A DNA stretch of 63,106 nucleotides, counting the filler, from Intoshia linei (lineage: Eukaryota > Animalia > Orthonectida), in assembly GCA_001642005.1 (NCBI GenBank). It is 7 parts of 7 records of this genome, joined end to end, with 100 filler letters (N's around TTAATTAATTAA, not from the genome) between each part and the next. Parts side by side here need not be neighbours in the genome. Positions count along the whole stretch, not along the records: positions 1 to 8,908 come from LWCA01001411.1; positions 9,009 to 14,735 come from LWCA01001771.1; 5 more parts are not named here. One strand, 5' to 3'. The translations under genes were made by a program, and so were the position numbers. Below the pieces are notes generated by a model. That model saw nothing but the letters and a program-made list of their open reading frames with translations. It made no database searches and had not been told where the DNA came from. Below, one piece after another: positions 1 to 13,504 of this stretch. The first letter of the stretch is position 1. The number at the start of each line of letters is the position of its first letter.

Positions 1-90
1 TAATTTAGAAAAACTTTAAATTGAAAAATATCGCATTTATATTTCACGGAACCCTAATTAAATTTCGCGGAACACGGGTTGAGAGCACTG
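1..90 (-). mobile_element. Terminus of hAT-type MITE (same family as 56998-57529)
   Basis: Reverse complement is near-identical to 56998-57085 (cagtggttttcaacccgtgttccgcg...gaaatataaatgcgatatttttcaatt); ends in ...gagcactg. Confidence 0.8.
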
Positions 91-1354
91 GTCTAATGAG
101 TTCATGTAAGGTATGTCTATTGTGCAACCGGCAGATGTTTTTCCAAAAAGGTGTGTATAGATGGTTATAAATGGAGATGTTCAGCCCGTGTAGCGAAGTA
201 TTATCGATAAGGAAGGATACATTTTTTTAAATAAGTTTTTATTTTAGATTTCAAATATTATACAGATTGTTTTAATATAATGTAACCATTTAATAAGCGT
301 ATTGTAACAATTAAACATTAATTATGTATTTTTTAATTCATTGATTAATTGTCATTCCTTTTTCTACACTTTCTTGTTATTTGATTAAAAATTACATTTA
401 TCAATATTATTTTTAGTATAAAATACCATTTTATAACAATTAAAAATTAATTATCGATAAAATTAGAAAATACGTCAAGTGTGAATTTTTATCTTGTCTA
501 TTTGTAAACTAAAACAACTTTTGCTATCACTGATGTATATTGTTAACAAAGAAACAAAATTTTATTTTTTCAATAAAGTTTATATAAAATTTTCAAACTA
601 TTGGCTCTAAAATACGAAAGACCCGTACGTGGAAAGTACGACTTTTGGCACTGTTCCAAAGTCGTACTTCTGGTCACACCAACTATGATAGTACTACTAT
701 CACTTTTAGTTTATTTGAAATAATTTTTATTCGTTTTTTAAACATCTAGATAAGTAGTTTTGGTTTTACATTTGTCACCAAATAAACTAGAATTGATAGT
801 ACGTATTTTTTCTGGTCACTTTACATTAATGCAAAAATGGCATTAAGTAATAAAATAATAAATACAATGCAATTACACATGTTGTTTTAAATTTTACAAC
901 ATATCTCATTTCGAAATAACGAATATTCCTCAAAGGATTAACAATAAAAAATTTAAAATAATATTATTAACATAGCAACCACAAAAAGGTGCAAAAACCC
1001 AGATTATTTTTTTTTCAAAAATGAAAATAGACCTAGAATTCTAAAAAAAATACAGTTGATAGTTATATCCAGTTAACTTCCACAAAAAATTTCAATCTGA
1101 CAAAGTGACTCCTTCATAGTCAAAAAAGCACTTTTGTATTCATTTTTTTATTTGTCGTTGAATTAAGAATTTTTTCTCGTACGCTTTGGTAAAATTGAAG
1201 TTTCGAAAAAATTTAGGAAAAGAGACTTTACCTTAACTTAAGGTTTAAGGGTTTGTAAAATTGGATTTTTTATTTTAGAGTTGTTTTTTCTCACAAGGTT
1301 TTTAATAATATTTTAAGGGTTTTTCCAATGGACTTGAAACGGTACTTTTTATTA

Positions 1355-1488
1355 TTAGGTCGTTCCGTAAGTAATGTCGTTTTTTTAACAAAATTAAAAA
1401 GTTTATTTGATTACATTAAAAATACATTTATATTATAAAATATTCACCATTGCTTTCCAGTCTTTTGTCAACGTTCTTGTAGTCTATT
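1355..1488 (-). mobile_element. Mariner 3'-terminal fragment (TIR plus end of transposase)
   Basis: ta-ttaggtcgttccgtaagtaatgtcgttttttt TIR; reverse complement matches ~9778-9913. Confidence 0.8.
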
Positions 1489-1580
1489 AACATAATTTTG
1501 TGTTATCCCATAATACAGGGGTTCTCAACGAGGGCCATGTGCCAAATTTTCAACATTAAAAAAAATTTGGTGTATTAAGC

Positions 1581-2718
1581 TAAAGTGGCCAGATTTTTAA
1601 CGTACTAAATACGTACTCGTTACTTAAAAACCAAAATGAAATTAAATTTAAAATCTCAGTAATTGAATTGAATTTAAAATTAATATTTATTTATACATTT
1701 ATAAAAATCAGAACAATTTTTTTGACTATTTTGAATAATTCTTAATTACTAATTCAATTTAAAATTGGAAAATATTGATAAAGTATGCTTTTAATTTAAT
1801 TAGAATTGAAAAAGTTTATTTCAAATAAAACGTAAATAAACATCTTTCTATACAAATTTATACACTAAAATTTTTACGTTTACATAGAAATTATCGAGTA
1901 CGTATTTAGTTAGTGTCCAGATTTTGCCAGAGTTTACATACGAAGGTTGTCGGTTTCATATATTAGACCTTATACGTAAACATGTTTTTTTATACTGTTA
2001 TTCAAGTTAATACAAATTGGCTCAATATTTCATTTTCGTTTGTAACAAAACTTTTGTTATTATAAAATCTAAATATATCGGAGAAATTAATATAGAACAC
2101 AATGCTAGTTTACAGGGAAATTGGCGTAATGACTACAAAGAATTATCTGAACTAATAGACGCTTATAAAACTAATAAAATGCCAAAAATATCCAATTATT
2201 AAATTTAAAAAGCCGGTTGCATTTCTAATTTTCGTTGGAATGCAAAAGTATTATATGCATTGAAATCATACATCTTTAATGTAAATAGAGCACCAGAGAT
2301 GAAACAAATTTGTGATTTTATAGCAAATTTTTGGTCTAAATGTTGGTTTACTTGCAGATTTCAAACATTTGCAGAATGGGATTCATTAGAAGCTGAATTG
2401 CTATTAAATTATCTAACTGTAGCTAAATTTATGACTATTTAATATGATGAAAAATTGGAACAAAGTGTATAAAAAAATTTAAAATGAATTTTTATCTAAT
2501 TATACAACTATAAAGATACATTATGTTTTTAATATTATAAAATAATAACTTTTAATCCATGAAAATAAACTTATATTCGTTTAAATTTATTATTTTTTTT
2601 ATAAAATTAAGATTAAACTATAAATTAAAAGCGACATCTTACATTGTATACAAAATGGGACATACAGTCAAAAATACTTTTTGAATAATAAACAAAAATG
2701 TTAAATTGGGACACTCTA
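1581..2718 (+). mobile_element. Decayed hAT-like (possibly hATm-type) DNA transposon with transposase remnants
   Basis: Termini taaagtggcca / tgggacactcta. The 5' 80 nt recur almost exactly at 17682-17761. Broken ORFs 2017-2442 read NDYKELSEL...AGCISNFRWNAKVLYALKSY, resembling the DYRELLEL...ARWMAKAIY transposase motif. Subfamily assignment is from memory. Confidence 0.5.
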
Positions 2719-2934
2719 ATACACATATTCATGAAATCAGTAAATTTCAGCCAATACGTATATAGGTGGATTCAAAATATAAGAAAATTTCAAACAAAAC
2801 ATACATATGTGTATTCAAAATTTTTTAAAAATACGAAAAGGGTTTTATATATATTTTAAACTGATAGATATTGAAATTTAATAAAAATTTTCAGATGATT
2901 CTTCGGATAGTTCATATTATCACGCCAAATTGAT

Positions 2935-3788
2935 GTATGATATTCATAAAAACAAAGGTAGACACATAATGACTTTAAACACACTATACAGTGGGGTCTT
3001 TAGAGTATTCTTTATATAATACACATGAATTGTGAATTAACATTTGTATAATATAATTAAAAAATTTAACTGTTCATTTTTCATTTCGATATTTATAAAA
3101 ATATGACTTCAACATTTGGTCGAATTTATCAACTCACCCATATAAAAATATATTTCATAAACTCATCTTTTGTCAAATATTCATATTTGGTTTTATTTAC
3201 AAAATTATCTTTTCTGATTTTTTTTATTCTTGCATTTAGTTAAGGAATGAAAAAATTGACTAATTCTTCCGTAAAAAAGAGATGAAAAATAATCATTAAA
3301 TCATAAATATTTTCATTCTTTTGTTACCCATAAACTTTGGTAAATTTATAATTTTTATCTTTCGAGACCATCCATCTTCCAATAGTTCAATTGGTTCAGT
3401 TTCAGATTCTCTATTTGTTATATGTATTATCAGATTAATTTTATTACCTGTTGTAAAGTTAAATCATTTATTTCCTCATCGCTTTCTGACAGCGGGTCGA
3501 ATTTTAATATAGATTTTAAATAATTCATCAAAAAATGTGAAATTATGGTGTAAAATATACGATAATGGATCAAAAATATATATACACTAGAAAGAATATT
3601 ATGATAATTTCGCTTTGTAATTTTTACATCTGAGATAAATTTATTGATTGAATGACATAATTGCAATGATTGCATTTTAACATGCATTGTGTAATTTATT
3701 ATTTAATTTATCATTCTTATTACAAATTTGGACAAAATACATAAATTTATATTTTTAAAAATTTATCCAAAATTCCTCAAAGGGTTAA
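2935..3788 (-). mobile_element. piggyBac transposase remnant
   Basis: Terminus ...ttcctcaaaggg-TTAA at ~3773-3788. Minus-strand pieces IFHLFFTEELVNF (N-terminal piggyBac motif) and HCIVCLKSLCVYLCFYEYHT (C-terminal cysteine-rich domain). A truncated similar end lies at ~860-940. Confidence 0.65.
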
Positions 3789-4693
3789 GATAATGTTAAT
3801 GATTTAAAAATGTATCGCAAAATTTGTTTTATTAAATTTTAGGGTTGATTTTATTTTTAAACAAAAAAGCAAATTGGGTTTTGACCCTGGAGGGTTCAAA
3901 TTTGGAAACTCAAAAATAGATATAAAATACACTCTGGAAAAACTGTATTAGGAATTGAGTTTTTTAAATTCTACAATGGTCAATTTTTTAAATATACGAT
4001 AACAGAGAGATATACAATTTTACATAAGTAAAGAACGTTATTGGAACTGTGCCAAAAATATACTTTAGAAAACTTGCTTATGGCGTACTAATTAAGCACT
4101 AGTAATTAAAGCCTCATAGTATAAGGTTATTTTATCGTTATCATTAGTTAGATTTTATATTATCTAACTTGTATAGTAAATTATTATACATTTTAATTAA
4201 AATAAACAAAAATATAAGATATCCTCTGATTTTGAGACAAATACTAAGAATAAAAATTATAGCCGCCATGTAAACAAAATGTTTTAATCATGTCAACAAA
4301 AGTCATAATTAAATTCCATTTAAAACAAAGTAAAACAAACATAAAAATACAATTGACAAAAAGTGAATAAAGAAACTTGCACAATTCCATATCGACTAAA
4401 ATGTAGTTATTATTTATTTAATTTAGACTAGACACCAATGTCAATTTGTATTTAAATATTTTGACAATTTAGTCTGTTTTTAACACAACGGCTAATTTTT
4501 ATTGCATAAATGAAATGTGTGTTTAATACAAAATGTGTACATAATGAGTCATTATTATCATTATATATCTTTAAATTTTGTGGACGTGCGTTGTTAAACA
4601 ATAAGAAATGTTTCGTTGTCAATGAATGTCAAAAACGACTTTGACCGTTTTTAACAAGTTGCTAAAAACAGACTAAAAATTGATACGATATTG

Positions 4694-6118
4694 CAGTTGT
4701 TCTCAACGTGGGCGGTAGCGCCCTCAGGGGCGTTTTCAAAATTTAGGGGGCGCTGGAAATAATATTATTAAAAATTTCAAATATGTTGTTTTTCATATTG
4801 TCGACAAAAAAATTTATGTAATTTAGTTTAAACATTTATTGTGAACTTTTTTATAAATATTTAAAATGTATTAATTATGTATGTGATAAACGCATTTAAA
4901 ATTAAATAATTTAACATTGAGAATATAAAAATGTAATTAATATAATATAATAAATCAAATATAACTTATAAAATTCAAAATTTTCTTATCAATTAAAGTA
5001 TAATTGTTTAAATTCTTCAAAATAAAGTAGCTAGTCATAAGAATCAAAATTTTTTTATTTTGCAAGTTATCTATCATTGCACACTATTTTTTATATACAA
5101 AAATAATAATTATTAAATATTATCTGAAAGAATCTACTTACAAAGAAAAAATGATTATGTTAGACTTCTTTTGCACACTGAAATCAGGTGGTTGTCAAAG
5201 GGAAATTGTTTGTCTCGTTTTGTGTCTCTTTATGATAGTATTGTAGAATTTTTTAAAAGAGAGGGAGATGAAAAATGATCCGAACAAATTAAATTGAATA
5301 GGAACAATATATATTATTTTTCTTTTATTTTTGGTAAATTAAATGATTTTACCCTGCGTTTACAAGGGACACTTATCATATTAATAGACTGTAAACGTGT
5401 TCTAAAAGCATTCAAGGAAAAAATTAGTTTTTCGCAGAAATATGAGATAGGAATTTTAATAATATGCTGGATATACAAAATTCCATATCTGATGAAGACA
5501 TATTGCATTATTGCCATTATTTGACAACATTAAAAGAAGGTTTGGAGGGTAGATTCAAGGATTTATTTAATTTACAAATTCATTCATGGATGATAGATCC
5601 ATTTAACTGCAACATTAATGATGCCCACTGTACAGTTGTTGAAGAATTAATAGAATTGCAATGCGACGAAGAAGCCAAGTACCGTTTTAAGAAAGGTGGA
5701 AATTTTTTATTGTTGAGATGTGAGCCATTCAGAAATGTCGAGGATATTTTTGTGTTTTCCAATCTCTTACATGGTTGAATTATGTTTCTGTTAATAAAAT
5801 ATTGACTAAAGATAGAAACAAAATTAATATTTGTCAAAGTGGAGATATTGTTATGAAATTAACAAGAATAAAACCAAGAATTAAACAGTTGGCACTCAAT
5901 CACCAGGCGCAAGGTCACATGGAAATAAATTAAACATTTTCATCAATTTTGTTATATAATTTACCCATCGATTATCTCCACAATTAAATGTCCTACATTA
6001 ATTGTGTTTTTTTTAATTTATACTTCGTATATTTACATTTTTTTCCATTATTGATTTTATAAAAATTCTAGTTCATTTTATGATGGGGGCGTTAGTTGAA
6101 AAAGGTTGAGAACCCCTG
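4694..6118 (+). mobile_element. hAT (Buster/Charlie-like) transposon, internally deleted, with transposase pseudogene
   Basis: Perfect 8-bp TSD cgatattg (4686-4693 and 6119-6126); TIRs cagttgttctcaac / gttgagaacccctg; broken ORF LLLHTEIRWLSKGNCLSRF...EELIELQCD...HQAQG. Confidence 0.92.
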
Positions 6119-6639
6119 CGATATTGTATTCACGATATGCATGATTTGCAGTGTAAAATTTACATTTTGCATTAAGAATTGTATCTAATTTAGACATGCA
6201 CAATAAAAATGCAACAGTTAAAAAATGTGCTAAAAACAGACTAAAAATGCAGTCAATTTCTGGTTGCTCTAATTTAGACTCTGAATTAAAAAAGAATGTT
6301 CAATTAAAGTTCAATCACATTTGAAAATAAAATTTTAGCCAAACGTGAATAAATTTACGTCCTCCACAATTTATTAAATTAAAATTTGTACATTCAATGA
6401 TTGAATGTACTAATGTTGACTAATAAATAGGTTGGCATGCATTCGTAAGTGTATTTGCGTGCTTGTTTTTATGAAAATATAAATTACACCTTTTAAATAA
6501 CGTACTTACACTTGCATATGATGTTGACTTAAATTTAAAGCTTAAATAATTTACAAATTTACACTTTTAAATTTTCATTTTACACTCTTATTGCGATAAT
6601 TAATTTAATTTTATCTAAAATTTAAATTTAAACCAAAAC

Positions 6640-8346
6640 ATGCCAATTCATAGCGGACAGTTCATGGTCATGTCCTTGAGTGACAACGAAGACGACAAGC
6701 CAAAACCTCACAAAAAGCGCAGTTTAAAATATTGGTCTATCCGTGCATCCACAAAAAAGAGTATACACCGATCTGCAAACAGAAATGTAGATGGAACTGC
6801 CTCATTGACGCGAACTGGTTCAGATTCGTCGATACATGTGGATAATGATAAAATCGATTTCAGTATTGAAAAGTTGACTAAATCGTTGCAATTGTTTCAA
6901 AACAACTACAAGCCATCAAACGAAAACATTGAAAATTTGGTAATGTCGCCAAAGTGGAACAACTTTCTTGGCACATCGTTTAATGTGCGTAGAATTATTA
7001 GACTTAATAATATCATCTGGCGAGAGTGGTTTAGACAAAATCAACTTAAATTGAAACCACGTGTGTGTAAATTTGTCAACCAGTTGAATCGAAAGGAATG
7101 TAGTTTTTATTTGGGAAAACATCAATTTTTACAGAAATTAATGTATGTGCCAAGAGAATACCGATATTTTAGACTTTTGTATTTGCAAAAGCATTGCATT
7201 GAAACTCAAAAATTGTCATACTCTCCAATTGCCTTATGGAACCCTAGAAGTATTATTTGTCGAGACCAAGACACTAGACAAGAGGAGATTAATTTCGAGA
7301 ATGGAACCGATAATTATTGGGACATGAATAATTATCACCATTATGCTTTTCAAGCTTCACCTGCTCAGCAGCTTAATAAATTATCGTCGGCATATGCTCA
7401 TACTCGACCTCTTTACGAAAATCCAAATGATCAAAATTCTAATCCAATGGAAATGTATCAACATGATTATCTTGATAATTATCAATATACACAGAAGAAC
7501 AATTTCTATATGCAGGACGCTTTACAACATCATTTCAGCACTTTTCCAACATCCAATTATTCTAGTAATCCGAACCTTTCAGAGTATGATGTAAATTCTA
7601 ATCTTATACATGATGATTTGAACAGTTTTTCTAATCTAAACTACAATATTAAATCCGTAATTTCATACAAATGCACATTTCTGTGTCCAATGACATCGTC
7701 TTTTGGGAACCCTTTTAACATTTACAGCAGGGATTCTTAATATTTTAAGAAAATAATATCAATTTAAAAAATAAGTTTATTATTAAAAACCACCCAAAAT
7801 GGGCGATATCGTTGAGGTTCAGTATCCCTGATCTACAGTTATATTTTTGACTAAGTTTAGCAAAAATTGGTGCAAGCGACGCATTGCGATTTTCGATGGT
7901 GCCATTGGGAGTATTGATATTTTTTATTTTTTATATACAATTTTAGGTTAATACTCATTTCAATTGTCAATTTCAACAGAAACCCCAGTTACACAACTAC
8001 AGTAAATATTATAAAATCAATTATGATTGTGTGATCGATGCGATGAATAAAAATAAACGTATTAAAGTCGAAAATGAAAAGACCGAATTTCAAAATGTAT
8101 CGATTGGTGACACTGAATTTAAAAAAAGCTTTCAAAATTATGTAAATTTTTATGAAAAAAAAGCTACCAGTCAATGTGATGAAAATAAATTTTATAATCA
8201 ATACATGGCTAAAAATAAAAACAAAAGCAATAATTTGTTAAATACACCCGGGCGATTTACGCAGGACAAACCTATCAAAAAATTCCACTCTCCTTTACAA
8301 AATTCAGAAAGCGACTTTTCTGGTATTGGAGATATCAAACTCAATG
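6640..8346 (+). CDS. MLXIP: Mondo/MLX-interacting protein (ChREBP/MondoA family), 5' part; exons 6640-7656 and 7947-8346; bHLH-Zip exons not in this contig
   Basis: Mondo conserved regions: IHSGQFMV (cf. IHSGHFMVS), VMSPKWNNFLG (cf. VSPKWKNFKG), IRLNNIIWREW (cf. IRLNNAIWRAW), PRVCKFV, REYRYFRLLY. A GT-AG phase-0 intron at 7657-7946 keeps frame with the 8031 ORF. Confidence 0.85.
7728..7830. mobile_element. 103-bp hAT MITE in Mondo intron
   Basis: TIRs cagggattct / agtatccctg; TSD atttacag / atctacag (7 of 8 identical). Confidence 0.75.
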
Positions 8347-8908
8347 TATTTTTATTTTTTTTACATTTATGTATATTTGTACAATAATGGCACCATATTG
8401 GTAACTAACCATTTTTTCTTTAGTTAGATCAGTGCTTTTCAACCAGGTGGTTACGATATTTATCAGCGCGTCGTGAGAATTTGAAAATTTTATGAATACA
8501 TTTATTTAATTTTTTTATTTTAATATACAATGGATAAAACACGATAATATTAAGATATAGTTAGTATAACTATCAATATTGAAATTATATGATCATTATC
8601 GAATTATATTGAGTAGTATTGAAATTAACGTTACTATATGACTACCGATTGATTTTATAGAAATATTGCATAAGAGATGGTATTTATTCAATATCTATTA
8701 ACATCCGTTTCTAATGGTTACGAACGAATTTTACAAGTGTACATTTGAATTAGACATACCATAACTTTCATGATGCAAGTGAATAATTTAATCATGGAAA
8801 CATTTATATTTTGATCAATTAAATTAAAAATTAAATTTTCAGGTTTACGTTAATAATTTTTATTTATTTTGTGATTTTAACGCTTTATCACCTCAATTTT
8901 TAAACCTC

Positions 8909-9008
8909 NNNNNNNNNNNNNNNNNNNNNNNNNNNNNNNNNNNNNNNNNNNNTTAATTAATTAANNNNNNNNNNNNNNNNNNNNNNNNNNNNNNNNNNNN
9001 NNNNNNNN
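8909..9008. other. Artificial contig linker
   Basis: N44-TTAATTAATTAA-N44 (stops in all six frames). Identical linkers at 14736-14835, 38038-38137, 44277-44376, 54924-55023 and 60470-60569. Confidence 0.98.
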
Positions 9009-9913
9009 AAATCACTACTTGAAAGGCTTAAAAATGAATCATTTTTAGAATAAATTATCACAAGAGATGAAAAATGGGTATTATGGGATAACACAAAATT
9101 GAAAAAACAATGACTTTCACCAAATAAATCTCCATTATGTACCCAAAACCCAATTTACACTGTAAAAAGATTATGTTATGCATATGGTGAGATATGGAGG
9201 GTGTGGTATATCATGAATTTGTAAAAAACAAAGAAACCATTAATTCTGATAAATACTGTGAAAAATTAGAAAAATTAAATCACAATATTTACCTGAAAAG
9301 ACCACAAATGTTTCGTAAAGGCAATATTATTCTACAACAAGACAATGCTAGACCTCACACTTCTAAAAAAACCTATCATCTTCTAAAGGAGTTAAAATTT
9401 GAAGTATTACCACATCCACTGTATTCACCAGGCTTAGCACCATCTGATTATTACCTATTTAAAGNAACAATTAGAAAAATTAAATCACAATATTTACCTG
9501 AAAAGACCACTAAAGTTTCGTAAAGGCAATATTATTCTACAACAAGACAATGCTAGACCTCACACTTCTAAAAAAACCTCTCAGCTTCTAAAGGAGTTAA
9601 AATTTGAAGTATTACCACATCCACCGTATTCACCAGACTTAGCACCATCTGATTATTACCTATTTAAAGCTATGAGTAACCATTACTATGGTAAAAAATA
9701 CACTTCAAATGAAGGGTTAAAATTGGACAGAAAAGTTTTTGTCCAATAAAGTAGCAAGTTTTTATGCTAATGGTATAAATAGACTACCGGAACGTTGGTA
9801 AAAGACTGTGGAAAGCAATAATGAATATTCTATAATATAACTTTATTTTTAATGTAATCAAATAAACTTTTCAATTTTGTTAAAAAAACGACATTACTTA
9901 TGAAACGACCTAA
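9009..9913 (+). mobile_element. Mariner (DD34D) transposase pseudogene with 3' TIR
   Basis: ITRDEKW, KKIMLCIW, QQDNARPH, HPPYSPDLAPSDYYLF motifs; several stops and frameshifts; 3' TIR ...acgacattacttatgaaacgacctaa-TA. Confidence 0.95.
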
Positions 9914-10179
9914 TAATATATATATTTATTTATATATGACATAATTAGTACTATGATGTAGTTTTGTCGTGATAGATCATTAATAAACCATATTTGCAGT
10001 TCGGTATGGGGTGGAAAAATTTGATAATTTTTTAATTATCAGAAAGTGAAAATCACATAAATTATAATAGTAATCAATATTCCAAAAACACGATTATACT
10101 CACAGATTGAATACAATTGCCAACCCCAAACGAACTATTTATATCGTAAATTATTATACTAATGAAAAATGGATATTAC

Positions 10180-13100
10180 CCATTATTCCCATATCCAATT
10201 TCCCTGTCGTTTTCGCTTTTTCTGTAAAATACACCAAAGCAAGGTCAAAATATTGATAAATGGCATTCTGAAGAAGCACATTGAGACCAAGAATTCGATT
10301 CAAAAACTTGTTTATATTATTAGAGTCTTTATTCAATTGTATAATAGCCTGTTTTGTTGGTTCAGCGATATTCGAATTTTGTGTATTCACAGAATTTAAT
10401 AGTCCAACATCGACCAAACCATTTTGGGCATCTTTGAAAAAATCTCCTTTATAATCAGGTTTTTCAACATCGCGTGTAAAAAAATCGCTTTCAACAGTGC
10501 ACAAGTAGTCGGAAGGTTCATACATGCCGCCATATTTTGGAACGGCACTGGATATTACCCTCATAACTTGATATAATGCTCTCTGTCCATATTTACTATC
10601 AACATTAAACTGTCCTAAATCACGCATATCAGCCACACGTCGGTCCCCGTGAGTGAGGGCACCAAGAGACTCTAGTTTTTTTGAAACACTTGCGGCAAAT
10701 CGTCGCTCTCCAGCCAATTTTGATATAAGGAATACATATTCTGGTGGTTCTGTTTGATTAGAACGATGCGACCTACCAAACTGTTGAATTGCGCGGTCTG
10801 CACTCCAAGCCAACTCCATAGTTATATGAATACGTTTGGAATTATTTTTTACTCGGCGATCTGAATGAAGAGATATTCCAGAACTCGCAGCTTCAGATAT
10901 AATTGTAATTTTCTTCTTACCATCCATAAACCGTTTCCTTTCCATTAAATTGCACGTTTCAATCGATGCTTCATCATCAGCACGATTTAAAAGTAAGGTT
11001 TCACCAGATTTGGTTTTCACAGTTCTACTTTTTCGACCCGTCATTTCAGCAACCTTTTTAGGTCCGCCCAATTTTTCCATCAGTAAATCCAAAGTGTTTA
11101 AAGGGAAACTATCATCCATGTCATTTATACATGTCAAAATACATTTTTTCATGTTATTGCAAACTACATTATGATTAGTGTGATTGTAATTCAATCCAGC
11201 CTTAAGTTTATCCACCATTGCCATACTGGAATGTAATTCTAGTTTTGATTCTTTTGCATTTTTTTGTTCCATTTTCACAGATTCAGTATCAGACTTGGAA
11301 TCTGATTCAGATGATGATTCTGATCCATCTGATGCCTCGGAATCTGAATCATATGCAACTTCAGAATTTGATTCATTTAAGCTATCCGAACTTTCAGAAT
11401 CGCTATCAAATTTTTGTTTTTTCGATAAAGTTTTAGAGTTGAATATAGTTTTTCTTTTTCTTTTTGAATCTAGAATATTCTTACAAAAGGATTTACAAAA
11501 ATTTACATCGTCGTCCGATTCAACAGAATCAGATGAAGAAGGAAACCACTTTTTTACAAACTGACAAATGACGCATTTAACGATAGACACATGACGTTGC
11601 AAGTTTCCATTGAGTCTGTCGTACTCTTCCAATGTTTGAGATTCACCGGTTGATTGTAATCCAATTATAACGGATTTGCCTTCATGTATATATCTTTTTA
11701 CAATATCAACACATTTTTGTACTTTGGATGAAATACACACATACTTAAAGAATCTCTGATGTGCGGACCAAAATTGAGACCATATGTGTTTGCAATCAAA
11801 ACTTCCATTAACTTCGGTCATTTTTTCAATACCTCTTTCAACTAATTTCAAAGTATAGGCCCATAGAATGACATATTTATTATAATTTTGTATAAATTTA
11901 TCGGTTAAATCAATTTCTTCTACCCTAAAACTAACACCTTTGAAACTCAACTGACGCGCAACATACATTCCTCTCATTTTCATGTCCATTGCAACCAATT
12001 CCATAGCACCAACTCCTCTTTTTTCCACGGAATTAATAAAACTATCAAAACAATTGAATGGAGTTCCTTCGCCCCAAATGCCTAGTCTAGTCATGTATGC
12101 CATTTGCCTCGGTTCAGTAGCTCCAGTAGCCGAAGAATAAACGATTCTGGCATTTTTAAGGTTTTCCTGGATATTTATAACCATTGTAGCCGTTTTCGTG
12201 TTGAAAGCACTATTTTTGTGTTTATAATTTTTAGCTCTATGACATTCATCAAAAATTATAAGTCCATCAAATTTTTTACCCAACCAATGAACGATTTGGT
12301 CATATCTCGTTTTAAAATAAGTATGCGTTGTGGATTCTGCTATAAAGGATGAATACGTAGTGAATAAAACACCAGATTTCATAGCACCGTTATGTAATGA
12401 TGAAATTTTGTAATTATAAGACATTTTGTTTAAAGCTGAAACAGGAATCCACTCAGAGTCAATATCCTTTAAATCGCGTTCAGCGTCGACTTTTAAATCA
12501 TTTGAAACACTTATCCACAACGTTTTTTTTCTTCCAGCAGCATAATTTTCCAGAATTAAACCTGCAATAGTTCTACCTTTTCCTACTCCAGCACCGTCTC
12601 CAATAAGAAACCCGGCTCTACAGCCGTCCTTTAAAAATGTAGCGTGTTTTTGAGAAGCGTAAATGATTGATTCCAACTGAAGGGCTGATAATTTTTTTTT
12701 CTGTATGATTTGGGAAGGTAAAGACAATGAGTATATCGGATCCGGTGGTTCAATATTAGAAAGAGAGCAAGATTCAACAACGGCATCAGGGTGTAGTCCG
12801 CCGATATTAACTTTACTAGGCATATAATTAGCAAATGTATCTGATAAAGTAAAATCATCCTCATCAAATTCAAAGTGCTGAGTGGCGTCACCATCCTGAG
12901 CATTTCCAATAAACCTATTAACACTTAGCTGTGACGCTTGGGCAATTCTATTAGTTTCTGTGATTTTAAGCGGGTCCTGGTAAACCATTAATTGCTGTTT
13001 CCCACCTTTATTGGTTAAAACTAATTTAGGTTCAGCATTAGCGTTGCCTGCATATTTTTCATCGCAAAGAATCTTGGTTAACAATGAATTTTCCATATTT

Positions 13101-13504
13101 GACTTATTTACTTTAAAAGTTACAAGTTGAACGGTTAATTTACCGTAAGCATCAGGTACAAAAACTTTTCGTGTCAAAATTTGTTCATTAACGTTGATTG
13201 GTGCAATTTTTTGTACAGTAGGTGGTATGTATTGGCGAATGTTTAAATTTGGAAGGGTAGGTGGTTTTATTATAACATCATCATCCGAACTTAGTATATC
13301 GTCTTTTTCTGTCAATTCTTCAGAATCTAACGCATGTAGGTCTGCTTTAGATAATTTCAATTCATTATTTATTCGATCATCAAATTTACTGTATACTCTT
13401 ATTTCATCTAAATTTACAGCATCGTGACCGTTTAGTTTATCCTAAACTCAAATAAATTTAATTTCACTTAATCATACATTAAGTTTATCTTTATCAACAT
13501 CCAT
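10180..13504 (-). CDS. SBNO1: Strawberry notch homolog; exons 13504-13478 and 13441-10180; C-terminal exons missing from the contig
   Basis: LSALQLESI, GFLIGDGAGVGKGRTIAG, IIFDECHRAKN, YSSATGATEP, AEMTGRK, ISEAASSGISLH, WSADRAIQQFGRSHRSNQ, FLNRILG, DMGIM. A 36-nt GT-AG intron at 13477-13442 joins ATG 13504 in frame; donor GTAAT at 10179. Paralog number not resolvable. Confidence 0.95.

Noticed and set aside
7663-7906. 43-aa antisense ORF (MAPSKIAMRR...) restored by removing the 7728-7830 MITE
   Set aside because: The region is bounded by its own inverted repeats (ccaatgacatcg / cgatggtgccattgg), so it is better read as an older MITE; no recognisable protein.
9265-9669. Tandem duplication of ~200 nt of mariner transposase
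   Set aside because: The two copies are joined at a single N (9465); most likely an assembly overlap of two element copies.
10169-13427. Short ORFs antisense or out of frame to SBNO (similar ones overlap Mondo, VPS13B and the 16-kb ORF)
   Set aside because: Shadow ORFs of real coding exons with no independent motifs.
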